This document shows positions 1 to 7,311 of a stretch of 25,998 bases of DNA, in pieces; within the stretch, counting starts at the first letter, position 1, and every line of letters starts with the position of its first letter. The position numbers and the translations under genes were made by a program. The stretch is from an uncultured virus (IMG/VR IMGVR_UViG_3300050508_000500) (lineage: Duplodnaviria; Heunggongvirae; Uroviricota; Caudoviricetes). The notes beneath the pieces were generated by a model that saw only the letters and a program-made list of their open reading frames with translations, searched no databases and was not told the origin of the DNA. The DNA is taken from IMG/VR virus record IMGVR_UViG_3300050508_000500; one strand, 5' to 3'.

Positions 1-36
1 CCGCGTAGGAGTTTGGCGATGGAGTTGCATATATGA
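1..36 (+). CDS. 3' end of upstream gene, probably terminase large subunit (partial)
   Basis: Frame 1 reads PRRSLAMELHI* with its TGA overlapping the portal ATG (ATGA 33-36); identity inferred from position only. Confidence 0.3.
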   Translation, partial: PRRSLAMELHI

Positions 37-1583
37 GTGTCACGCTTCCGCATCCGGCGTATCGTGCCATGCTGCCGCTCTGGGCGATGCTGCGCGACGG
101 CTACCTGGGCGAAGCCGCCGTCAAGTCGGCACAGCCCCTCGATGCCGTCCGCCGCAGTACGTCCACAGCGCGCAATGGGACGGCGTATCTGCCACGCCCA
201 GCGGGGATGCGCCGCGATGAACAGTACGCCGCGTATCGGGATCGCCCCGCGTGGACGAGTGCCACAGAACACGCCGTGCATGGGATTACCGGCTCGGTAT
301 TCCGCCACGAGCCGCAACTCGTAGGGCCTGCTGCCTTAGAGCCGCAACTGGCCGACATTACGCAGACCGGCATTTCGCTGCGCATGTTCTGTGAAGAGGC
401 GGTGCGTGAGACCTTACTCATGGGGCGCTTCGGCATCCTGGTCGACTTCCCGACCGGTGACCTCACGCCCGATGGTCAGTTGCTCCCGCCGCCGCCGCAG
501 AGTCGCCCGTACTGGGTGGCGTACCAGGCCGAGGAGATTATTAACTGGCGCACGATGCAGCGGGGGGGCGATACGATCCTGTCGCTCGTGGTGCTGCGGG
601 AATGTGTGCAGGTCCCACAAGGCCCGTGGGGGACGCCCGACTTCTTTGTGGTCAAAGACCAGATTCAGTACCGCGTGCTGCGCTTGAATGAACGGGGGCT
701 CTACGAGGTGAGCTTGTGGCTGGAAGATCCGATTGGCCAGCGTACCAATGCCCAGGCCGCAACGCTCCAGCGGGTGTGGATGCCGACCCGCCAGGGGCAA
801 CCGCTCGACTTCCTCCCGTTCTGCTTCATGGCGCCGTTTTCGCTCGAGCCGACGCCCGAGAAGTCGCTCCTCGAAGGCTTAGTCCAAAGGAACTTTTTGA
901 ACTGGCGCCACAGCGCGGACTACGAGCATGCCTTACACTTGACCGCCATGCCGCAGTTCTACATTGCCGCCAACATGGAAGCGCCCCCGGAGCTGTACGT
1001 GGGGGCCAGCTCGGCCCTCTTCCTGCCCGATAATCAAGCCAAGGTGGGGATCGTCGAGTTTCACGGGCAGGGCCTCCAGCCGCACGAGAACGCCCTCAAA
1101 GCCGATCTGCAAATGATGGCCGCGATGGGCGCGCGGCTCCTCGAAGGTCCACCGGAGACCCAGGAAACGGCCACGGGTGTGCAGTGGCGCATGGCGGGCA
1201 GCGATAGCCCCGTGCAGAGCCTCGTGAGCAGCGTCAGTCAAGGGCTCACGTGGGCACTGCAAGTGCACGCGTGGTGGCAGGGCCTCACTGAAAATGTGGA
1301 TGATCCGTCCGTGCATGTGGTCCTCAACAAGGACCTCGTATCGAATGTGATGCAACCGCAGATGCTCCTGGCCTTGATGCAAGCGTTGCTCAACGGTACT
1401 ATTTCGTACGAAACGTTCTATTTCTGTTTACAACGTGGGGAGATTGCAAGGCCACTTGTGCCTGTAGAGGAAGAACAGGCGCTGATTGAAGACGAGCAAG
1501 CCCAACGGCCGCTCGCCATGCTGCCTCCAGGACCAGGAACCCCACCACCGGGACGCAATGGGACGACGCGGCAGGTGGCTTAG
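33..1583 (+). CDS. Phage portal protein (DUF4055-like)
   Basis: 516 aa; YLPRP..Y.AY..R start, 'GRFGILVDFP', 'RPYWVAYQAEEIINWR', 'LSLVVLRE', 'SADYEHALHLTAMP', 'GARLL', 'GTISYET' are typical of this portal family; first gene of head module. Confidence 0.9.
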   Translation: MSVTLPHPAYRAMLPLWAMLRDGYLGEAAVKSAQPLDAVRRSTSTARNGTAYLPRPAGMRRDEQYAAYRDRPAWTSATEHAVHGITGSVFRHEPQLVGPAALEPQLADITQTGISLRMFCEEAVRETLLMGRFGILVDFPTGDLTPDGQLLPPPPQSRPYWVAYQAEEIINWRTMQRGGDTILSLVVLRECVQVPQGPWGTPDFFVVKDQIQYRVLRLNERGLYEVSLWLEDPIGQRTNAQAATLQRVWMPTRQGQPLDFLPFCFMAPFSLEPTPEKSLLEGLVQRNFLNWRHSADYEHALHLTAMPQFYIAANMEAPPELYVGASSALFLPDNQAKVGIVEFHGQGLQPHENALKADLQMMAAMGARLLEGPPETQETATGVQWRMAGSDSPVQSLVSSVSQGLTWALQVHAWWQGLTENVDDPSVHVVLNKDLVSNVMQPQMLLALMQALLNGTISYETFYFCLQRGEIARPLVPVEEEQALIEDEQAQRPLAMLPPGPGTPPPGRNGTTRQVA

Positions 1584-1592
1584 GAGGGTGCG

Positions 1593-1784
1593 ATGGCCAA
1601 GAAGAAGGTATCCTTTAAGACGGGGACCAAGGCCCGAGCCGCTCGGGGTAAAGTCGCCGAACAACTGAAGCGTCGGGGGTTGCGGAAAGGGAATGCCTTT
1701 GCCCTGGCGACGTATATTGCCAAGCGTGCCGGTGCGGCCGGCCGCAAACGCCTTGCCCGTCGGGGCTTGCGCAAGCGAGGATAG
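1593..1784 (+). CDS. Small very basic protein
   Basis: 63 aa, about 23 K/R and one acidic residue; GGAGGG RBS upstream. Confidence 0.7.
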   Translation: MAKKKVSFKTGTKARAARGKVAEQLKRRGLRKGNAFALATYIAKRAGAAGRKRLARRGLRKRG

Positions 1785-1787
1785 TCG

Positions 1788-1991
1788 ATGGCTGAGCACA
1801 CCACGGCGAACTTTGAGATCCTCCAGGAGGAAATCCGTCTGCGCATGCTCCAGGAAGACCGGGCCTATGCGTTGCAGCGGCTCCTCATGACCTTTCGCCC
1901 CCGGGCGGAATCACCCCGTTCTTATCGTCAACTCCTGGTGGACGTGCAGACGTGTGTTACCGAAGAATTGCAAACGTTAGGAGAGCCCTAG
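1788..1991 (+). CDS. Hypothetical protein
   Basis: 67 aa ORF, tightly packed, GAGGA RBS. Confidence 0.6.
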   Translation: MAEHTTANFEILQEEIRLRMLQEDRAYALQRLLMTFRPRAESPRSYRQLLVDVQTCVTEELQTLGEP

Positions 1992-2431
1992 TGGAACCTT
2001 ACGATCCAACGATGGAAGCCTTAGTCGATGCGATGATTCAGGCCCTTGATCACGACGCCGACATGACGCAAGGCTACGTGGATAAGCTCCGCCAACTCGT
2101 GGTGACGCTCCAGCATATGCTGGCCGATCCCGAGGGGCATGGGCTCATTGGCGAGACCCCGCCTGATCCCAAGACCACGCCGGAAGAAGAGCAGGTCATG
2201 CGCCAGGCGTTGGGGCATCTCGACCCCAAGGCGGGCGATGCCGAGTTGGAGTATCTCCAGGTCTTGCAGCGGCTCCAAGCAAGTGTCGAGCGCGAATTAT
2301 TTCGCTGGGCCTCATCGATTGTTCAGCCGGCGGGTTTTAGCGGAGAAATCCAGATACCTGTCGGGGGTGGTGAGTGGGAGCGGCATGACGAAGCGCTGCC
2401 CGAGACGAGTCGGCTGCGGCTCACGGTGTAG
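1991..2431 (+). CDS. Hypothetical acidic helical protein
   Basis: GTG at 1991 after AGGAGAG (ATG 2012 alternative); overlaps previous stop. Confidence 0.6.
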   Translation: MEPYDPTMEALVDAMIQALDHDADMTQGYVDKLRQLVVTLQHMLADPEGHGLIGETPPDPKTTPEEEQVMRQALGHLDPKAGDAELEYLQVLQRLQASVERELFRWASSIVQPAGFSGEIQIPVGGGEWERHDEALPETSRLRLTV

Positions 2432-2435
2432 CGGC

Positions 2436-2752
2436 ATGGGTATGGTCGTCACTTCCCTGGAAGGGATTGAAACTTTGAAGAGACTATCGCCACGGTCATG
2501 GCGGAGTATGCCACGGCCGTATCGCGCCAGAGGTGGCTAATGCGTGATGACCGTGCCCATGCCCGTCGCGTCTTCGAAGAAACGATTGCCCACGTGATGG
2601 CCGCGTACGCCCCTGCCGAGGATGTCCTGGTGGAGGCCAAGGCCCTTGACGAGGCGGGAGAGTCGATCGTGGTGGCCCGGTACAAGCTACACACCGATGG
2701 GCGGGTCGAATGTTTCGAAGTGCTCGATGAGGTATTATGGCCGAGTCCGTAA
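2436..2752 (+). pseudogene. Hypothetical protein, apparently frameshifted near 2470 (intact ORF part 2498..2752)
   Basis: ATG 2436 frame gives MGMVVTSLEGIE; the 2498 frame extends upstream as FEETIATVMAEYA, which repeats as FEETIAHVMAAYA at 2573. Confidence 0.4.
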
Positions 2753-2784
2753 ATGCCCCACGACGGGGTGGGAGAGTGCAACAT

Positions 2785-3012
2785 ATGAGTACGTTAGGAG
2801 ACGGGAAGCCCACGGTGTATCCGGGCGCTGATGGGACGCTAGAGGGCGCGATGGCCTCTCTGGAGGCCCTCCGGGCGGCGTTTATCGCCGCAGACCGCCG
2901 AGGCGGCGATGCGGACCTCTCACTCGTTTCCCCGGCGACGCGGATGCGGGCTCTGGAAGCCTGGCTTGATGCCGAAGACGCTAGGCGTGCCGCAGACGAC
3001 GGCGTCGCATGA
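2785..3012 (+). CDS. Hypothetical protein
   Basis: ATG 2785 after GGGAGAG; ATGA overlap with next gene. Confidence 0.55.
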   Translation: MSTLGDGKPTVYPGADGTLEGAMASLEALRAAFIAADRRGGDADLSLVSPATRMRALEAWLDAEDARRAADDGVA

Positions 3013-4052
3013 CCGAGCCCGTCAATGCGCAGATTGCCGACGCTTTCACCGCGCGCTTGCTCCAGGTGGGCCGGGCCGAGACGCACCAGCGCCAGGAGGT
3101 CTGGGCGGTCTTGCTCTTGCTGGAGCAGGATCTGTTGCATGCACTCCGGGAGGCCGATCCCGCGCAGTTTAGCTTTCTCGTGGCGCGGCGCCGGGCGGTG
3201 CAATTCCTGGTGCGGGATGAGATTGATCCCCTTGTAACGACCCGGTACGCCCAGATTGCCCGCGACGTGGACGCGTTTCTCGTGGCCCTGGCCGAGCAAG
3301 AGGCCCGTGTCACGCGGCGCATTGTGAATACCGAGACGGAGACCCGCACCATTGACGAGATGCCCAGCGAGACGACCTTGCGCCGGGCCGTGCGTCAGAC
3401 GCTCATCCCCAGCCCGGCCACACCCACGGACTTGAGCACGACCGGGGACGACTGGTGGAGCCGCGCCGCCGCTGGGCTCGTGACCCGCGTGGGCGATTCG
3501 CTCATGGTGGGGGTCAGCCTGGAGGAGCCCCTCCCGACTCTCGCGGCACGGGTGCAAGGGACGGCGGCGAACGGCTTTCAAGATGGGATTATGGCGAAGG
3601 CGAAAGAGGATGCCGCACGCCTCTTACGCACGCAGACGACCAATGCGGTGAGTGAGGCGCGCGTTGCAACGGCAATGGTGAATAGTGATGCAGTTCAAAT
3701 TGAACATCATTCGATTCTCGATTCGCGCACGTCACACGTCTGCCTGGCGCGTAATGGCCTCCGGTATACCGCCGATGCCGATCATACGCCGGTGGGGCAT
3801 AGCATTCCCTATCTCTCCGGTGTGCCGTACCATATCGCCTGACGTTCGAGCTTTATCCCGGTGGTACCGGGAGGAGGTCGCGTGCCAAACGACAGCGTGA
3901 GTAGCTGGCTGGCACGCCGCGATACGGCCTATCAGGATGCGGTCTTAGGGCCAACGCGGGCACGCATGTTTCGTGCTGGATCGCTCACGGTGAAACAATT
4001 AATCGAGGCGGCTACGGGCAAGCCATTGACGCTGGAGGAGCTCGGGGCATGA
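3009..4052 (+). CDS. MuF / SPP1 gp7-family minor head protein with internal in-frame TGA (3840-3842); 347 aa if read through
   Basis: 'A.RLLRTQTT', 'SILDSRTSHVCLARNG', 'PYHIA*RSSFIPV' (family PxHxxCRS motif), then in-frame C-terminal 'WL.R....QDAVLGPTRARMFRAG.LT..L....GKPLTLEEL' typical of these proteins. Confidence 0.85.
3843..3882 (+). promoter_or_regulatory. SECIS-like stem-loop immediately 3' of the in-frame TGA
   Basis: TCCCGGT-GGT-ACCGGGA perfect 7-bp stem (3856-3872), extendable by CTTT/GGAG and CGA/TCG; G-starting loop 20 nt after TGA. Confidence 0.55.
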
Positions 4053-4285
4053 GCTTGAATGCCCGACATCGCTATGTCATTCTGCGTCGGGGCGTCCCCG
4101 TTTTTACGACCGACGAGTGTGCCATGCTCGTCCCCTATTTGTGGGGACGTGACATCAACGATCGGTATGTGGTCTACGACTATGAGCGCCCCTATCCGGT
4201 GGATACCCCAGACCTCCTGGCCTGGCTTCAACCCTTGGAGGCGGCCACGGGCCAGCCGTTGACGCTCGAGGAGTTCGGCGCATGA
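4005..4285 (+). repeat. 48-nt imperfect direct repeat (4005-4052 and 4238-4285)
   Basis: 42/48 identical; each copy ends in GAGGAG...GCATGA. Confidence 0.85.
4049..4285 (+). CDS. Hypothetical protein whose C-terminus duplicates the MuF C-terminus
   Basis: ATGA coupling at both ends; ends EAATGQPLTLEEFGA. Confidence 0.65.
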   Translation: MSLNARHRYVILRRGVPVFTTDECAMLVPYLWGRDINDRYVVYDYERPYPVDTPDLLAWLQPLEAATGQPLTLEEFGA

Positions 4286-4482
4286 TCACCGACGCGTACC
4301 GCATCCTCACGCTTGCGGAAAAACCCGCGCTCCTCTGTCTCCTGTGCAATAGTATCAGTTTCCATGTCCAGGATATTGATTTTGCCTACTGTGTCGTCTG
4401 CCACGTTTACCTGGAGCGGGTCCCCAGGACGTATGATCCCGCCCAAGGTCCCTACGGGCAGACCGCGAAGGAAGCGCCATGA
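4282..4482 (+). CDS. Small putative zinc-binding protein
   Basis: CLLC and CVVC pairs; ATGA coupling. Confidence 0.6.
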   Translation: MITDAYRILTLAEKPALLCLLCNSISFHVQDIDFAYCVVCHVYLERVPRTYDPAQGPYGQTAKEAP

Positions 4483-4763
4483 GCGACCCCACCCGTGCGC
4501 TACGCGATCTGGCCATTGCGACCCGCGTGCGCCAGGGCGCTTCGTATGGGCGTGTGGCCCACGACTATGGCCTGTCCGCGACCCGCGTGCGCCAGATTGT
4601 GTGGACCCTGGCTCAGCGTGCGGGGGTCTCCATGCTGAGCCAGGTCTCCCTCCACGCCTTGCGGGCCTATTATGGGCGCCATGGGAATTTGAGCGGGATT
4701 GCCACGGTGTTCCCGGCCCCGACCTGGGCGCAGGACGTGTTGCAGCACAAGGAGCGACCATGA
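4479..4763 (+). CDS. Helix-turn-helix protein
   Basis: 'GASYGRVAHDYGLSATRVRQIV' HTH pattern; ATGA coupling. Confidence 0.6.
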   Translation: MSDPTRALRDLAIATRVRQGASYGRVAHDYGLSATRVRQIVWTLAQRAGVSMLSQVSLHALRAYYGRHGNLSGIATVFPAPTWAQDVLQHKERP

Positions 4764-4800
4764 TGAGTGTCATGCGGCTCCCGGCGAAGGATCTCCACTC

Positions 4801-4998
4801 ATGACCCCGCGCGATGCCCGGTACACGCATTGGCAGCAACAGCCGGACGACGAGTTGGACTATGAGCCCGAGCCCGGCTTCTACGCACGCGAGGAGGCGC
4901 CTCCAGATCCACAAACAGTCCTGGAGCGCTTAGAACGGCAGCTGCACGCCGCGCATTGTCTCCGAGAGGCGCAGGAGGATCCATGCCTGGAACCCTGA
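4801..4998 (+). CDS. Hypothetical acidic protein
   Basis: ATG 4801 after AAGGA. Confidence 0.4.
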   Translation: MTPRDARYTHWQQQPDDELDYEPEPGFYAREEAPPDPQTVLERLERQLHAAHCLREAQEDPCLEP

Positions 4999-5201
4999 CG
5001 CTCACGGGCGAGGTGTGGCTCCCCGCGCGGCTCATGGCCGGGCGCACGATGGTGGCCATTGAGGCCCTCCTGCATGCGCATGGCGCCCTCCCGCAGCAGG
5101 CGCAGAGTCTGCGCTGGCGCCTCGATGCGGAAACGCCGGGGAGTTACCGGCTGACGTATACCTTCACATTGCCCGAGGAACTCCCGGAGACGTCGGCATG
5201 A
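4983..5201 (+). CDS. Hypothetical protein
   Basis: ATG 4983 after AGGAGG; ATGA coupling downstream. Confidence 0.55.
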   Translation: MPGTLTLTGEVWLPARLMAGRTMVAIEALLHAHGALPQQAQSLRWRLDAETPGSYRLTYTFTLPEELPETSA

Positions 5202-5488
5202 GTGCCTGTTGTGGACGGATTAGGGCTTTGAGGCGGCGCCCACGTCTGCGGCCAGGCGGCGTGAGCGGGAGGGACACTATGCTATTCGAGGGTCGGCTCC
5301 TGCCGCCCATTAGTGCGACGCTGGAGGCCTTCGTGCGGGCGCATCTGCCGCGCCTCCCTGCGGCCCCCGGCTGGCTGTGGGTGGGCGAAACCTGCTGGGT
5401 GGCGACGTATACCCAGGAGTCGATGCAGCCCGAACACTTTGCGGGCTGGGAATGCCTCAACCCGCGCCGGGAGGTGCCCGATGCTTGA
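5198..5488 (+). CDS. Hypothetical protein (start may be ATG 5279 after GGGAGG)
   Basis: ORF in packed gene string. Confidence 0.45.
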   Translation: MSACCGRIRALRRRPRLRPGGVSGRDTMLFEGRLLPPISATLEAFVRAHLPRLPAAPGWLWVGETCWVATYTQESMQPEHFAGWECLNPRREVPDA

Positions 5489-5708
5489 TGCGCTCGTGTG
5501 GGAACGACTTGAACTGCATGGCGTGACCGAAGAGCACCTGCGCATGCTGGCGTGTGCGCTGGAGCTGCAAAAGAATGGCTCCCTCGCCTGGCACTTCGCG
5601 CACGGGTATCTCTCGCAATGTGATCTGCGGCTCGTGATGCCCTCAAAAAGCTATGAGTTGTCACGGATCAGCGACGCGGTGCTGGACGGCGCAAGCGTGG
5701 TCCGCTAG
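5481..5708 (+). CDS. Hypothetical protein (YezD/DUF2292-like pattern possible)
   Basis: ATG 5481 after GGAGGT; helix then 'GSLAWHFAHGYL' beta-hairpin pattern. Confidence 0.55.
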   Translation: MLDALVWERLELHGVTEEHLRMLACALELQKNGSLAWHFAHGYLSQCDLRLVMPSKSYELSRISDAVLDGASVVR

Positions 5709-5723
5709 CGTGGAGGAGACTGC

Positions 5724-6056
5724 GTGCAGGCGGACTGGTTTTATCGCCTAGCCACGACGGCGAGCCTGGTTGCCGGGTCGGCCTGGATGTTTCTCGGGTC
5801 CGTGTTGGCCTTTGGGCTCTGGCTAGCATTAGGCCCCGTCTTCCACTGGGGCGACCTCTGGAATCTCATCCCCACCAGTTTGCTCACGTGGACAACCTGG
5901 ATTCTCGTCATTTTGATTCAACATACCCAAACGCATCAAGAGACGGCGCTTCAGACCAAGGTTGACGAGTTGATTAAAGCGATTGATGCGGCCGATAATC
6001 GGTTGATTGGCTTAGAGAAGCAGCCGCCCTCCGCATGTCCCCCGGACTTGGGCTAG
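5724..6056 (+). CDS. Low-affinity iron permease (Fet4-like) family small membrane protein
   Basis: Two TM segments with 'GPVFHWGDLWNL', 'LIQHTQ', 'ALQTKVDELIKAI', 'NRLIGLE' matching the family pattern; GGAGGAG RBS. Confidence 0.8.
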   Translation: MQADWFYRLATTASLVAGSAWMFLGSVLAFGLWLALGPVFHWGDLWNLIPTSLLTWTTWILVILIQHTQTHQETALQTKVDELIKAIDAADNRLIGLEKQPPSACPPDLG

Positions 6057-6181
6057 GGCGGCGGGCAGCTCGCATGGGACAGGCCAGCGGGGCCTTGCCT
6101 TGGCCAGCCTCGACACGTCACGTCGCGCCGTGCCTAGACGGCGATGCCTTGCCATGTCTATATCCCATAGTTTTATACGAA

Positions 6182-6706
6182 CTATGGGCCTGTGATCAGA
6201 ATATACGGGTCGTTAAAGTCCTCAAACGTCAGCTCATAGCTAAAACTCACCAACGCCAGCGTCCCTGCACGAATAACCGGCGTCCAGTTCGGATTAGGGC
6301 AGCCCTGCGCGACAATGGTAGGATTGACGCTCTGTGCTGGCACGCTCAACCGGCCATTCTTTCCCGACGTGACGGTAATCTGCGTACTTGCACTAAAACT
6401 CGTCGTGTGTGACTCAATCGGATTATTTCGATTCGCGCCGTGGTTGAAACAATCCACGGTGGCGCTGTAGCTGGCGTTCAGGCTGACGTTCGCGTCAGTA
6501 TGACCGACGCCCGCCAGTTCAAACGTGCTACAGGTGACGGACTGGTCGGCATTGACGCTACAGCCAATGGTGCCCGTTTGCAGATGGGTCCCCGAGGGGG
6601 CTTGCGACGGATCGAGGCTGCTCGTGATGGCGGCCAGGGCGCCGGTGGCGCTCAGGCACAGGGCCAGGAAGCTGGCGACGAGCCGGGAGCGAGGGTGACG
6701 GATCAT
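6182..6706 (-). CDS. Secreted Cys-containing beta-rich protein (moron)
   Basis: Signal peptide ending ALA, 4 Cys in mature part incl. CPNPNW; AAGGAG RBS; antisense to structural genes. Confidence 0.75.
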   Translation of the reverse strand: MIRHPRSRLVASFLALCLSATGALAAITSSLDPSQAPSGTHLQTGTIGCSVNADQSVTCSTFELAGVGHTDANVSLNASYSATVDCFNHGANRNNPIESHTTSFSASTQITVTSGKNGRLSVPAQSVNPTIVAQGCPNPNWTPVIRAGTLALVSFSYELTFEDFNDPYILITGP

Positions 6707-6814
6707 GACGTGTCTCCTTGTGCTAGACAGGTATGTCGTGTAAACGGCGATGCGGGGCTACCCTACACGAAGAGATTGTGCTAGGCAAGCGGAGGGAGGC
6801 GAGAGAAGCGACCA

Positions 6815-6834
6815 GGGCGGGTTCCGGCCCGCCC
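6815..6834. terminator. GC-rich hairpin, possible minus-strand terminator
   Basis: GGGCGGG-TTCCGG-CCCGCCC; weak U-tract. Confidence 0.4.
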
Positions 6835-6881
6835 CAGTGACTACACAAGCATTCACGAGTAGCCAGGAGTGTAGCAGATCC

Positions 6882-7079
6882 TCACCGGTCCTGCACGCCC
6901 GTGGGCGGGGCCGAGTGTCGTGGGACCTCCCGCGTGGCGAGCCAGGCGTGGAAGTCATGCGCCTGCGCCTCCATCTTGCGGGCAATCGCATCGAGGCGGG
7001 CCAGGGTCCGTGCGTGCAGGGCGGCATGGCCGTAGATGGATTCGAAGTCATGGTCGGGCAGGTCGGCGTCGTCACACAT
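6882..7079 (-). CDS. Hypothetical protein
   Basis: ATG 7079 after GAGGA; divergent from RHH operon. Confidence 0.45.
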   Translation of the reverse strand: MCDDADLPDHDFESIYGHAALHARTLARLDAIARKMEAQAHDFHAWLATREVPRHSAPPTGVQDR

Positions 7080-7092
7080 CACGGTTTTCCTC

Positions 7093-7122
7093 TTGCTTTC
7101 ATCAGTCTTTTCGCCATACAAT
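7093..7122 (+). promoter_or_regulatory. Sigma70-type promoter, probably giving a leaderless mRNA
   Basis: TTGCTT-18 nt-TACAAT; ATG 7129 lies at expected +1 and has no SD. Confidence 0.65.
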
Positions 7123-7128
7123 GATATC

Positions 7129-7311
7129 ATGAAAAAAATTACTGTCCATATTGCGGCACAACAATATGTACGGCTCAAGGCGCTGGCTGACGTGCTTGGA
7201 ATGAAACAAGCAGAATTGTTGCGCCGCTTTCTTGAGGAGGGGCTTGTCCAGGCTGAACAGGAACGCCAGCAGCAGGCACGGCATTCCTCTATGCATAGAG
7301 AGGAGGAGTGA
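7129..7311 (+). CDS. Ribbon-helix-helix (CopG-like) regulator
   Basis: MKKITVHI beta-strand, 'RLKALADVLGMKQAELLRRFLEEGL'. Confidence 0.8.
   Translation: MKKITVHIAAQQYVRLKALADVLGMKQAELLRRFLEEGLVQAEQERQQQARHSSMHREEE

Noticed and set aside
2496..3581. 361-aa minus-strand ORF
   Set aside because: Antisense to MuF and upstream genes; no recognisable motifs
3861..4052. Independent 63-aa gene
   Set aside because: In frame with MuF and matches its usual C-terminal domain; treated as one gene, although GGAGG before GTG 3882 could allow separate initiation
6321..6345. Partial similarity of the CRISPR spacer to GGATTGACGCTCTGTG
   Set aside because: Only a short core matches and the spacer 5' seed does not; expected by chance
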